Part shown: positions 18,512 through 27,462 of the stretch, one piece after another
How positions within the stretch are numbered: position 1 is the first letter of the stretch
Layout of the letters: each line of letters opens with the position of its first letter
Assembly: GCA_028715315.1 (NCBI GenBank)
Contig: JAQUSA010000001.1
Location: 1-40,414 of the forward strand
DNA from: Candidatus Omnitrophota bacterium
GTDB lineage: Bacteria > Omnitrophota > Gorgyraeia > Pluralincolimonadales > Pluralincolimonadaceae
Reading direction: 5' to 3'
DNA: 40,414 nucleotides
Position numbers and translations under genes: made by a program
Notes under the pieces: model-generated
What the model was told of the DNA's origin: nothing
Databases searched by the model: none
What the model saw: only the letters and a program-made list of their open reading frames with translations

Positions 18512-18637
18512 CAAGAAGAACATCCGCAGGAACAGCTGGCGACGGGAGTAACGCCGGACTTCATAAGATTGTCTATCGGCATCGAGCACATTGATGATAT
18601 AATTGACGATATAAAACAGGCGCTAGAAAAGTCATGA
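18512..18637 (+). pseudogene. relic of the C-terminal ~41 codons of an O-acetylhomoserine sulfhydrylase / Cys-Met-metabolism PLP enzyme (metY-like)
   Basis: The frame translates to [41 protein letters not shown], the conserved C-terminus of MetY/MetB-type enzymes. There is an in-frame TAA at 18509-18511, no start codon and no upstream coding sequence. Confidence 0.7.
18595..18603 (+). promoter_or_regulatory. candidate extended -10 (TGaTATAAT) for cysK, embedded in the metY relic
   Basis: TGATATAAT lies 55 nt upstream of the cysK ATG. The same TGnTATAAT form appears at four other unit starts in this window. Confidence 0.4.
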
Positions 18638-18658
18638 CCAATATAAGGAGACGATAAG

Positions 18659-19588
18659 ATGGCCACCAGGGTGTTTGACGATATAACCAAGACCATAGGC
18701 AACACGCCGCTGGTCAGGATAAACAGGATGTCGAGGGGGAGCGGCGCGGCGATACTCGCCAAGCTGGAGTCTTTTAACCCGCTCTCGAGCATCAAGGACA
18801 GGGTGGGCGCGGCGATGATAGAGGCCGCCGAAGAGAAAGGGCTGATCGACGAAGGCAGCGTGATAATAGAACCTACGAGCGGCAACACCGGCGTCGCGCT
18901 GGCGTTCGTGTGCGCCTCGAAGGGCTACCGGCTTATACTCACGATGCCCGAGACTATGAGCGTCGAGAGAAGGCAGCTTCTGAAGATACTCGGCGCGGAG
19001 ATAGTCCTGACCGAAGGCGCGAAAGGCATGAAGGGCGCGATAGATAAGTCTAAGGAGCTGGCGAAACAGACGCCGAAGAGTTATATACCTGACCAGTTCG
19101 CGAACCCCGAGAATCCCGGGATACACAGGAGGACGACCGCGGAAGAGATATGGAAGGACACCGGCGGGAAAGTGGATATCCTGGTCGCGGGCGTCGGCAC
19201 CGGCGGTACTCTTACCGGTGTCGGGGAAGTCCTGAAGAAGCGAAACCCCGGAGTAAGGATCATTGCGGTCGAGCCGAAGGACAGCCCGGTGCTGTCGGGC
19301 GGGAAACCCGGGGCCCACAGGCTGCAGGGGATAGGCGCGGGTTTCGTTCCCGGGGTATTGAATACGAAGATAATCGATGAGATAATACAAGTCGCTTCGG
19401 AGGACGCCGGCGCCGTATCGCGCCGCCTCGCTAAGGAGGAAGGCATCCTCGCCGGCATTTCCTGCGGCGCGGCGATGTGGGCGGCCCTCGAGGTCGCGAA
19501 ACGCCCGGAGTCCGCGGGGAAGACGATAGTCGTCATCCTTCCCGACACGGGAGAACGCTATCTTTCCACATGGTTATTCCAGGAGTGA
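18659..19588 (+). CDS. cysK: cysteine synthase A (O-acetylserine sulfhydrylase)
   Basis: Motifs [17 protein letters not shown] (PLP lysine), [25 protein letters not shown] lies 8 nt upstream. Confidence 0.92.
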   Translation: MATRVFDDITKTIGNTPLVRINRMSRGSGAAILAKLESFNPLSSIKDRVGAAMIEAAEEKGLIDEGSVIIEPTSGNTGVALAFVCASKGYRLILTMPETMSVERRQLLKILGAEIVLTEGAKGMKGAIDKSKELAKQTPKSYIPDQFANPENPGIHRRTTAEEIWKDTGGKVDILVAGVGTGGTLTGVGEVLKKRNPGVRIIAVEPKDSPVLSGGKPGAHRLQGIGAGFVPGVLNTKIIDEIIQVASEDAGAVSRRLAKEEGILAGISCGAAMWAALEVAKRPESAGKTIVVILPDTGERYLSTWLFQE

Positions 19589-19592
19589 GCAG

Positions 19593-20789
19593 ATGAAACG
19601 TAAAGTATACCTTGACCATAACGCCACGACTCCGCTGCATCCGGAGGTCAAGAAGTCTATGACCGACGCGATGGAAGCGTTCGGCAACCCGTCGAGCATG
19701 CACAGCTTCGGCAGGCAGGCGCACCGCCTTATCGATGACGCGAGGGAGAAGATCTCGTCGTTCATAGGCGGCAGGCCCGAGGATATCGTCTTTGTCGGAA
19801 GCGGTTCCGAGGCGAACAATACCGTTTTCAACCTCCTCTCCTGCACGGCGAAGCGCTGCGAAGCCCCCCATACGAAAAGGCGCCAGGTCATAACCTCGCA
19901 GATAGAGCACCCGTGCATCCTTGAAGCCGCGGGCTGCCTGGGCGAGAGGGGCATAGAGGTGATCTATCTTCCCGTAGACAAATACGGCAAGATAGACATA
20001 GCGAAATACGAGGAATTCATATCCGAAAAGACCGCCCTCGTCTCGGTCATGATGGCGAACAACGAGATAGGGACGATACAGGATATAAAGAAGATAGGGA
20101 GCATCGCCCATAAGCACGGGGCGATGCTGCACACGGACGCGATACAGGCGGTCGGCAAGATCCCCGTTGACGTCAGGGACCTTGCCGTCGATTATCTCTC
20201 ATTATCGGCGCATAAGATATACGGGCCGAAGGGCGTCGGCGCGCTTTATGTGTCGCCGGGGGTCCCGTTCTGCCCGTTCATACGCGGCGGCCACCAGGAG
20301 AGGGGCCGGCGCGCCGGGACGGAGAATACAGTCGGTATCGCAGGTTTCGGGAAGGCCATCGAGATGCGCGCGAAAGAGATGGACGGCGAGAGCAAGAAAT
20401 TGCTTTCACTTAAGTCGCGCCTTAAGGCCGGCATCGAAAAGAACATAAAGGACATTAAATTCAACGGCCACCCGTCCGATTGCCTTCCGGGCACCCTGAA
20501 CGTATCGTTCGACGCAGCCGAGGGCGAGGCGATACTGTTGTATCTCGACCTCGAGGGCGTCGCGGTTTCCACCGGCTCTGCCTGCGCTTCCGGCTCGCTC
20601 GACCCGTCGCACGTCCTTATAGCGACAGGCCTCCTCGCGGAGCAGGCCCACGGCTCGATAAGGATAAGCATCGGCCGCGACAACACGGAAGAGGAGATGG
20701 ACTATACGGCGGAAAAGCTTGCGGTTGTCATAGATAAGATAAGGAACATGTCTACCGTCGGAAGAGGTGCCCATGGAAAAAAAGCCTGA
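19593..20789 (+). CDS. nifS: cysteine desulfurase (NifS/IscS class I)
   Basis: YLDHNATTP, SAHKIYGPKG (PLP lysine), and the active-site loop STGSACASGS. Confidence 0.9.
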   Translation: MKRKVYLDHNATTPLHPEVKKSMTDAMEAFGNPSSMHSFGRQAHRLIDDAREKISSFIGGRPEDIVFVGSGSEANNTVFNLLSCTAKRCEAPHTKRRQVITSQIEHPCILEAAGCLGERGIEVIYLPVDKYGKIDIAKYEEFISEKTALVSVMMANNEIGTIQDIKKIGSIAHKHGAMLHTDAIQAVGKIPVDVRDLAVDYLSLSAHKIYGPKGVGALYVSPGVPFCPFIRGGHQERGRRAGTENTVGIAGFGKAIEMRAKEMDGESKKLLSLKSRLKAGIEKNIKDIKFNGHPSDCLPGTLNVSFDAAEGEAILLYLDLEGVAVSTGSACASGSLDPSHVLIATGLLAEQAHGSIRISIGRDNTEEEMDYTAEKLAVVIDKIRNMSTVGRGAHGKKA

Positions 20790-21192
20790 GTGGGCCTATT
20801 CCGATAAGGTTAAGGACCATTTCGAGAACCCGCGCAATGTGCTCAATGACGAAGGAGCGTATAATGCGGACGGCAGGGGCATCGTCGGCAACATCAAATG
20901 CGGCGACGAGATGATAGTCGCGATAAAGGTCGATAAGGCCAAGGGCATCATCACCGATTGCAGGTGGAAGACCTACGGATGCGCGAGCGCGATCGCAAGC
21001 ACGTCTATGTTATCCGAGATGGCGAAAGGCAAGACCCTCGAAGAGGCCTATAAGATAACCGCCAAGGATATCGTTGATGAGCTGGGCGGCCTGCCCGGCC
21101 ATAAGATCCATTGCTCAGTCCTCGGGCATGACGGGTTGCGCGCCGCGATAGACGATTATTACAGGCGGAACGGCATAAACAGGACACCTTAG
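20773..21192 (+). CDS. nifU: Fe-S cluster assembly scaffold protein (NifU N-terminal / IscU type)
   Basis: Three conserved Cys in KCGDEM, YGCASAIAS and HCSVL. ATG 20773 is preferred over GTG 20767. Confidence 0.88.
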   Translation: MEKKPEWAYSDKVKDHFENPRNVLNDEGAYNADGRGIVGNIKCGDEMIVAIKVDKAKGIITDCRWKTYGCASAIASTSMLSEMAKGKTLEEAYKITAKDIVDELGGLPGHKIHCSVLGHDGLRAAIDDYYRRNGINRTP

Positions 21193-21201
21193 GAGGATAA
21201 A

Positions 21202-21663
21202 ATGGGAAAGATCCCCGCCGAGATCGTGAAGTTCCTGCACGCGCAGCATTTTACGGTCGTCTCCACGATAGGCGAAGACGGCCTGCCGCATAATTCCTGC
21301 AAGGGCATCGTCAACATCGATGATGACGGCACCGTTTACCTCCTGGACCTCTATAAGGGGCAGACGCACGATAACCTCGAGAAGAACCCCGCGATGAGCG
21401 TGAGCGTGGTGGACGAGCACCGTTTCAGGGGATACTGCCTCAAGGGCACCGCGAAGCTGATCACCGAAGACCTGTTGAAGCCCCGCATAATAAAGGCGTG
21501 GGAGGACAAGATAACGGCCAGGATAACCCACAGGCTCATCAAGAACCTGAAAGGCGAGCACGGGCACGACAGCCATCCCGAAGCCCGGCTTCCGAAGCCG
21601 AAGTACCTGATAGCCATGAAGGTCAGGGAGATAGTCGACCTGACGCCGCCCCCGCTCAGATAG
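21202..21663 (+). CDS. pyridoxamine 5'-phosphate oxidase-like FMN-binding split-barrel protein
   Basis: 153 aa. The pattern FTVVSTIGEDGLPHNSCKG...VYLLDLY...NLEKNPAMSVSVVD...GYCLKGTA is typical of the PNPOx-like family. GGAGG SD lies 5 nt upstream. Confidence 0.65.
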   Translation: MGKIPAEIVKFLHAQHFTVVSTIGEDGLPHNSCKGIVNIDDDGTVYLLDLYKGQTHDNLEKNPAMSVSVVDEHRFRGYCLKGTAKLITEDLLKPRIIKAWEDKITARITHRLIKNLKGEHGHDSHPEARLPKPKYLIAMKVREIVDLTPPPLR

Positions 21664-21701
21664 ATGGACAAATCCCCCTAAAGACGTTAAAATAGCCGTT
21701 G

Positions 21702-22199
21702 ATGACAGACCATATTATCCTGTGGCTTAAGGGCCTCCCCAGGGACTACATAGTATTGATAACCGCGGCGCTTCCCGTCTCGGAATTGAGGGGGGCGATA
21801 CCGCTCGCCCTGTCCTTCGGCATGACTATGCAGAAAGCATTCCTGCTGTCGGTCGCAGGCAATTTTATTCCCGTCATCCCGGTCCTGTTCCTGCTTGAGC
21901 CTGTTTCGAATTGGCTCGGGAGGTTCAGGATATTTGCCCGGTTTTTCGACTGGTTGTTTACGCGGACACGCAAGAAAGCGGACACGATACAGAAATATGA
22001 GATGCTCGGGCTCGCGATATTCGTCGCGATTCCGCTCCCGATGACCGGCGCATGGTCCGGCGCGATAGCGGCGTCCCTTTTGAAGATAAAATTCAGGTAT
22101 GCTGTGACGGGAATAATACTCGGGATACTCATGGCGGGCCTGGTAGTCTCGGCCCTTTGCGCTTTGGGGATCACGGGCTGGCAGGCTGTGACAAATTAA
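21702..22199 (+). CDS. small multidrug export-like membrane protein (COG2426 / PF06695-like)
   Basis: Motifs ALPVSELRGAIPLAL, AGNFIPVIPVLFLL, AIPLPMTGAWSGAIAA. Confidence 0.65.
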   Translation: MTDHIILWLKGLPRDYIVLITAALPVSELRGAIPLALSFGMTMQKAFLLSVAGNFIPVIPVLFLLEPVSNWLGRFRIFARFFDWLFTRTRKKADTIQKYEMLGLAIFVAIPLPMTGAWSGAIAASLLKIKFRYAVTGIILGILMAGLVVSALCALGITGWQAVTN

Positions 22200-22217
22200 C
22201 GCGGAAAGGCGATCCGG

Positions 22218-23915
22218 ATGAGTCTTATAATCCTGGTTATCTCTTCAGGGGCCCTGCTCTTAATGGGCTATATTTTTTACGGCAGGTTCCTTAGCAAACT
22301 CCTGCAGTTGAATCCGGACGCGAAGACGCCGGCCGTAGTGCAGAGGGACGACGTCGACTACGTCCCGACAAATAAGTTCTACCTGCTCGGCCAGCACTTC
22401 TCGGCCATAGCGGCGGCGGGGCCGATCGTCGGGCCGATACTCGCCGGGATGTGGTTCGGCTGGGTCCCGACGGTCATATGGATAATCGTCGGGGGCATAT
22501 TCATCGGCGGCGTCCACGACCTGTTCACGCTCGTCGCGTCGATACGCCACCACGGGCGCTCCATAGCCGAGGTAATCAAGGAATACAAGAGCAAGAAGGC
22601 GTTCATAATATTCCTGGTGTTCCTCTGGATATCCATCATCTACATCATAACCGCGTTCACCGATATGACCGCCGGCACGTTCGCCGACCCTGCAAGGGGG
22701 GCCGGGGTGGCGTCGTCTTCCATGATGTACCTGCTTCTCGCGCTCATAATGGGCATATTGATAAGGCTTTTCAAGCCGCCGCTCGCTGCGGTTACGCTGA
22801 TATTCATGCCCCTGGTCCTGGTCTGCATCTGGCTCGGGCCGAAGTTCCCGTTGCATATGCCGCTGCTCTTCGGCCTGGACCTGCGCACGACATGGGATAT
22901 ACTGCTGCTCGCATATTGTTTCATCGCGGCGGTCATACCGGTCTGGCTGCTGCTGCAGCCGCGCGGATACCTCGGAGGTTTCTTCCTGACGTTGACCGCG
23001 GGCGCGAGCCTCCTCGGAATAATCGTGGGGCATTTCACGCAGAAACTTGTGATAATCTATCCCGCTTTCGTCGGATGGGTAAACCCGGGCGGCCTGCCGC
23101 TCTTCCCGCTGCTTTTCACGACCGTCGCTTGCGGCGCATGTTCGGGTTTCCACGCGCTCGTCTCATCGGGCACCACGTCTAAACAGGTGGCCAGGGAGAC
23201 GGACGCGAAGGCAATAGGGTACGGCGGCATGCTTTTGGAAAGCGTTGTCGCGATCACGGCCCTCGGGACGCTGCTGCTCCTCACTAAGACGCAGGCGCAG
23301 GGGCTCGGAAGCCCGGACCAGATATACGCGAACGGCATAGCGACGTTTTTGAACAGCCTCGGGATAGACAGGGAGTTCGCGCTGACCTTTGCGCTGCTCG
23401 CGTTCGCGACCTTCGTTTACGACACGCTCGACGTGGCCACGAGGCTCGGGCGCTACATATTCCAGGAACTCACTAATATCCGCGGAAGGGTAAGCCTGTT
23501 CGTGTCGGCGTTCGCGACATTGCTTCTGCCGGCGTTTTTTGTCACGAGCAAGATGACCGACGCGCAGGGCAGGATCATCCCGGCCTGGTCCCTTTTCTGG
23601 ACGGTCTTCGGCTCTAGCAACCAGCTGTTGGCCGCGATGGTGCTGCTCGGGCTCAGCGTGTGGCTCTTCAGGCGCAGGAAGAATTACGCGGTCACCCTGA
23701 TGCCGGCGATATTCATGACGTTCGTCTCGTTGACGTCGCTGGCGCTGGTGACGAAACCCTGGATAGCCAAGCATATCGCCGATAAAAGGTTCTGGCCGGA
23801 ACCCCTCGTGATCACCTGTTTGATACTTTTCGTTCTGTCGTTACTGTTGATCATAGAGGACATAACCATATTCTCGAAAGGTAATAAGGATGAACACGAA
23901 AAGACCGGCTCCTGA
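22218..23915 (+). CDS. cstA: carbon starvation protein A family transporter (CstA)
   Basis: Polytopic protein. The N-terminus YGRFLSKLL...DDVDYVPTNKFYLLGQHFSAIAAAGPIVGPILA is the CstA signature. Confidence 0.85.
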   Translation: MSLIILVISSGALLLMGYIFYGRFLSKLLQLNPDAKTPAVVQRDDVDYVPTNKFYLLGQHFSAIAAAGPIVGPILAGMWFGWVPTVIWIIVGGIFIGGVHDLFTLVASIRHHGRSIAEVIKEYKSKKAFIIFLVFLWISIIYIITAFTDMTAGTFADPARGAGVASSSMMYLLLALIMGILIRLFKPPLAAVTLIFMPLVLVCIWLGPKFPLHMPLLFGLDLRTTWDILLLAYCFIAAVIPVWLLLQPRGYLGGFFLTLTAGASLLGIIVGHFTQKLVIIYPAFVGWVNPGGLPLFPLLFTTVACGACSGFHALVSSGTTSKQVARETDAKAIGYGGMLLESVVAITALGTLLLLTKTQAQGLGSPDQIYANGIATFLNSLGIDREFALTFALLAFATFVYDTLDVATRLGRYIFQELTNIRGRVSLFVSAFATLLLPAFFVTSKMTDAQGRIIPAWSLFWTVFGSSNQLLAAMVLLGLSVWLFRRRKNYAVTLMPAIFMTFVSLTSLALVTKPWIAKHIADKRFWPEPLVITCLILFVLSLLLIIEDITIFSKGNKDEHEKTGS

Positions 23916-25152
23916 TTTCCATGAGATAGCCGTAGTCGGCGGCGGGCCCGCGGGCATCATGGCCGCCATACGCGCGGCGCAGCTTGGCAAGGACGTGGTC
24001 CTGCTGGAAAGGAACAGCTCCATCGGCCGCAAGATAATGATAACAGGGAAGGGCAGGTGCAACCTGACGAATTCCGCCGATATGGACGAGTTCATGTCGA
24101 AATTCGGAAAGAACGGGCAGTTCCTCAGGTCGGCGTTCTACGCGTTCTTCAACGAGGACCTCATGGATTTTTTCAGGAAGAACGGGCTGGGCGTGAAGGT
24201 CGAACGCCAGGGGAGGGTCTTCCCGTCGGATGACAGGTCCGCGTCCGTAGTGAAGGTGCTCGAAAAGTCGCTGAAGGAGAACAATGTCCCGGTCATGCTC
24301 GATGCGCGCGTTATGGGCATACTTAACGACTCCGGGATGTTCAGCCTCAAACTTGATAGCGGCGCGGAAGTGCTGGCGAAGAAGGTCATACTCGCCACGG
24401 GCGGCGCGTCCTACAAGGCGACCGGCTCCTCGGGAGACGGTTTCCATCTCGCGAAATTATTGGGGCATAAGTTCAATCCGCTCAGGCCGGGGCTTGTCCC
24501 GCTCAAGACGAGGGAGAAATTTGCCGCGGAGATGATGGGACTGACCCTTAAGAACATAAAAGTGGCGTTCGAGAGCGAAGGCAAGAAGATAGTATCCGAG
24601 GTCGGCGAACTGTTGTTTACGCACTTCGGGGTTTCCGGCCCGCTCGTGCTTGACCTGAGCGCGCAGGTGGTAGCGCTTCTCGACGGCAAGAAGCCCGTTT
24701 ATATCTCCATCGACCTGAAGCCCGGCCTGACCGCGGAGCAGGTCGATAACAGGATACTGCGCGATATCGGGGAGCACGGCAGCATAAGCATAAAGACACT
24801 GTTGAAGGAGATGCTGCCGGTCAAGATGGTCCCGGTCTTCGCAAAGCTCCTGAAGCTCGATACGGCAAAGAGGATAAACCAGCTTACCGCGGCCGAAAGG
24901 CGCGGGATAGCCGGCCTGATGAAATCATTCGTTCTGACGATAACCGAACCGCTGCCGCTTGAGGAAGCGATGGTGACCTGCGGCGGCATACCGGTAAAGG
25001 ACATAGACCCGAGGACGATGGGTTCGCGGATAGTGCCCGGATTATATTTCGCGGGGGAGATAATAGACGCGTCGGCGGCGAGCGGCGGGTATAACCTGCA
25101 GCAGGCTTTCTCGACCGGATACCTGGCCGGGGAGAGCGCCGCAAATGCGTAA
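23890..25152 (+). CDS. NAD(P)/FAD-dependent oxidoreductase, HI0933/YhiN (BaiN-like) family
   Basis: Motifs VVGGGPAGIMAA, GKGRCNLTN, LFTHFGVSGP, FAGEIIDASAASGGYNLQQAFSTG. Confidence 0.85.
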   Translation: MNTKRPAPDFHEIAVVGGGPAGIMAAIRAAQLGKDVVLLERNSSIGRKIMITGKGRCNLTNSADMDEFMSKFGKNGQFLRSAFYAFFNEDLMDFFRKNGLGVKVERQGRVFPSDDRSASVVKVLEKSLKENNVPVMLDARVMGILNDSGMFSLKLDSGAEVLAKKVILATGGASYKATGSSGDGFHLAKLLGHKFNPLRPGLVPLKTREKFAAEMMGLTLKNIKVAFESEGKKIVSEVGELLFTHFGVSGPLVLDLSAQVVALLDGKKPVYISIDLKPGLTAEQVDNRILRDIGEHGSISIKTLLKEMLPVKMVPVFAKLLKLDTAKRINQLTAAERRGIAGLMKSFVLTITEPLPLEEAMVTCGGIPVKDIDPRTMGSRIVPGLYFAGEIIDASAASGGYNLQQAFSTGYLAGESAANA

Positions 25153-25723
25153 GATAATCCTCGCTTCGCAGTCGAAGCAAAGACAGCGGCTGCTCAACCA
25201 GATAGGCCTCAAATTCGTGACCGCGAAGTCGGACGCCAAGGAGGATATGAGGCTCAAAGGCAGCTGCGCGAAGCTTGTGATGTCGAACGCGCTGAAGAAA
25301 GCCGAGGACGTCGCGAAGAGATACGGCTCGGGCGTCGTCATCGCGGCGGATACGGTAGTCCTCTCCGGCAGGAAGATAATCGGGAAGCCGAAGGACCTCG
25401 CCGATGCCTTCAGGACGCTGAAACTGATCTCCCGAAAGCCGCAATGGGTTTATACCGGGATGGCGGTAATAGATATCGACAATAAGAAGGTCCTTACGGA
25501 CTACGAGAAGACGAAGATATACATGTACCGCCTTAGCGACAGGCAGATAAGGAATTATTTCAGGAAGGTCTCGCCTATGGACAAGGCGGGCAGTTTCGAC
25601 ATACAGGGCCTCGGCAGCATATTCATAAACAGGATAGAGGGGTGCTTCAATAATGTCATCGGTTTGCCGTTGGCGAAGCTCGCTAAGATGCTCAGGAGGA
25701 TAGGCATAGACCTGTTTTCATAA
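25145..25723 (+). CDS. maf: Maf-like nucleoside triphosphate pyrophosphatase
   Basis: Motifs ILASQSKQRQRLL, AADTVV, KAGSFDIQG, VIGLPL. Confidence 0.88.
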   Translation: MRKIILASQSKQRQRLLNQIGLKFVTAKSDAKEDMRLKGSCAKLVMSNALKKAEDVAKRYGSGVVIAADTVVLSGRKIIGKPKDLADAFRTLKLISRKPQWVYTGMAVIDIDNKKVLTDYEKTKIYMYRLSDRQIRNYFRKVSPMDKAGSFDIQGLGSIFINRIEGCFNNVIGLPLAKLAKMLRRIGIDLFS

Positions 25724-25726
25724 GAT

Positions 25727-26497
25727 ATGGATGACGCGAAGAAGGCATACGGCGGATATTATAAGGGGCTCGATACCGCGATAGGCGGCGACGGGAGGTT
25801 CCGTTGGGTCAGCGAATTCCTGCTGAAGGATATCGCGGGCAAGGCGGTGCTCGACGTCGGCTGCGGCGAGGGTTCGCTGCTGCGCATGCTCAAGGAGAAG
25901 GGCAACAGCGTATACGGCATAGACGCGTCGGAGAGCGGGAAGAAGTCCTGCGAGGAAAAGGGCGTCGAATGCGCGGTCGTAGACACCAGCTCCGAGAAGT
26001 TCCCGCTGAAGGACGACAGTTTCGATGTCGTGCTCTGCCTCGAGACGCTCGAGCACCTCGAGAACCCGCACCACTGCGTCTGGGAGATGAAGAGGGTGCT
26101 GAAGGAGGGCGGGCTGTTCATCGCGAGCATCCCCGGCCCGAAGGTCTGCCACCCCTATATCTATCCCGGATTGTTCGGGATCAAGAATTTCAGGGAATTC
26201 CTGTGGGCCAACGGTTTCAAGATACTGAAGGTGAAGGGATGGGGCCAGTCCCCGGCATTCATCAAGATGAATAAGTGGCTGCAGAAACAGGACAGCGATA
26301 TCGCGCGCAATACCGCCGAGGTCCTGCATTATATCGGCAGGAAGAGGAACATGCTGATGAGGAAACACGCCGGGACCCCGCTGAACTTCAGCCATTGCGT
26401 CAATTTCGTATGTGTCAACAGGAAGCAGGATAAGACGCTTGCGCAGCGCATCGCCGAAGAAACCCATCCCGGCAGTACTAGCAGGGACGGTTCTTGA
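25727..26497 (+). CDS. class I SAM-dependent methyltransferase
   Basis: Motif I VLDVGCGEGSLL, then VYGIDAS and DVVLCLETLEHLENP. Confidence 0.8.
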   Translation: MDDAKKAYGGYYKGLDTAIGGDGRFRWVSEFLLKDIAGKAVLDVGCGEGSLLRMLKEKGNSVYGIDASESGKKSCEEKGVECAVVDTSSEKFPLKDDSFDVVLCLETLEHLENPHHCVWEMKRVLKEGGLFIASIPGPKVCHPYIYPGLFGIKNFREFLWANGFKILKVKGWGQSPAFIKMNKWLQKQDSDIARNTAEVLHYIGRKRNMLMRKHAGTPLNFSHCVNFVCVNRKQDKTLAQRIAEETHPGSTSRDGS

Positions 26498-26525
26498 GCT
26501 AAAGCCAGAACCGTCCCTTTTTTTG
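26483..26525 (+). terminator. intrinsic terminator hairpin, copy 2 of the conserved element (loop inverted relative to copies 1 and 3)
   Basis: Perfect 12-bp stem AGGGACGGTTCT / AGAACCGTCCCT, 12-nt loop TGAGCTAAAGCC, followed by a 7-T run. The methyltransferase stop TGA (26495-26497) lies in the loop. Confidence 0.85.
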
Positions 26526-26527
26526 TC

Positions 26528-26556
26528 TTTACAACCATAAATAATTATGGTATATA
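26528..26556 (+). promoter_or_regulatory. lexA promoter (TTTACA-17 nt-TATATA) with palindromic candidate operator ACCATAA-N4-TTATGGT in the spacer
   Basis: -35 TTTACA at 26528-26533 and -10 TATATA at 26551-26556. The inverted repeat at 26534-26551 fills the spacer. The ATG at 26564 is 7 nt after the -10 and there is no SD. Confidence 0.55.
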
Positions 26557-26563
26557 GTCACAC

Positions 26564-27175
26564 ATGGAAGAATTGACCTTAAAGCAGGCTAGCATACTGG
26601 ATTTTATAAGGGAGAGGAAGTTCCGGGCGGGCATCACGCCTACCCTCGAAGAGATAAGGGGGCATTTCCGCCTGAAGGCGATAGGGACCGTCCAGGACCA
26701 CCTTCATGCGATAGAGGCGAAGGGATATATAAAGCGCTCGAGGAAATCCCGTTCCATAGAGATAGCGGGCCTCGAGGCCCGCGGCATAGTCGATGTGCCG
26801 GTAGTGGGGCGGATAGCCGCGGGAAAACCGCTGCTGGCTGCCGAGAACCTCGAAGACCGGGTCTGCGTAGACAGGGCATGGGTAAGGACGGACGGCCCGG
26901 GACAGGTATTCGCGCTGAAGGTCAAAGGCGAGAGCATGTCCGGCGCCGGCATAAACGACGGCGATATCGCTATAATAAAAAAGCAGCCTTCCGCGGAAAA
27001 CGGCGAGATAGCCGCGGTAATGATAGACGGCGAGGCGACCCTGAAGAGGTTCCGCAAAGAAGATGGCCGCATAACGCTCAAGCCGGAGAATCCCGCCTTC
27101 AAACCGCTCTACATCGAAAAGTCACGCCAGGCGTCGATATTGGGGAAATTAATAGGAATATACCGCAAATATTAG
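26564..27175 (+). CDS. lexA: LexA repressor (S24 autopeptidase)
   Basis: N-terminal winged HTH (LTLKQASILDFI). Ala-Gly cleavage site in RIAAGKPL, Ser in GESMSGAGI, Lys in ATLKRF. Confidence 0.9.
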   Translation: MEELTLKQASILDFIRERKFRAGITPTLEEIRGHFRLKAIGTVQDHLHAIEAKGYIKRSRKSRSIEIAGLEARGIVDVPVVGRIAAGKPLLAAENLEDRVCVDRAWVRTDGPGQVFALKVKGESMSGAGINDGDIAIIKKQPSAENGEIAAVMIDGEATLKRFRKEDGRITLKPENPAFKPLYIEKSRQASILGKLIGIYRKY

Positions 27176-27183
27176 GTGGCCGC

Positions 27184-27462
27184 ATGTTCAATCCTAACGC
27201 GCGATGGGACAGGAAGCTGCCCCGCGACGATAATCCCGATGAAAAGATCCCCGTTGAGGCGTCCTTCAGCAACGGTTCGGTCGCGCCGCGCAGTTTCCGC
27301 TACGCCGGCTCGGTCCACGAGGTAAAAGAGATAACGTTCCGATGGAGGGAGCGCGCCGGGGCGGAGCAATTTTATTATTTCAACGTGACGGACGGCGTCG
27401 ACGTATATAAGATATATTTCGGCGACAAGAGCCTCATCTGGAGGATATCGAGGGTTGAATAG
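27184..27462 (+). CDS. small conserved-looking hypothetical protein in the lexA-dinB operon (92 aa; possibly DUF6504-like)
   Basis: AGGTGG SD lies 5 nt before ATG 27184. Tightly packed between lexA (stop 27175) and dinB (overlap). Sequence ...PRSFRYAGSVHEVKEITFRWRERAGAEQFYYFNVTDGVDVYKIYFGDKSLIWRISRV. The ORF-track extension back to 26878 runs out of frame through lexA and is rejected. Confidence 0.6.
   Translation: MFNPNARWDRKLPRDDNPDEKIPVEASFSNGSVAPRSFRYAGSVHEVKEITFRWRERAGAEQFYYFNVTDGVDVYKIYFGDKSLIWRISRVE

Noticed and set aside
18508-18888. Minus-strand 126-aa ORF spanning the metY relic and the cysK 5' end.
   Set aside because: It is antisense to cysK and a low-complexity Ser/Ile-rich product. 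The + strand reading of the same DNA gives the conserved MetY C-terminus and CysK.
26878-27183. N-terminal 102 codons of the 194-aa ORF (26878-27462), overlapping lexA in another frame.
   Set aside because: The product is a highly basic, repetitive R/K/G sequence with no SD, and it overlaps the conserved LexA C-terminal domain. Only the part from ATG 27184, which has its own SD, is treated as a gene.
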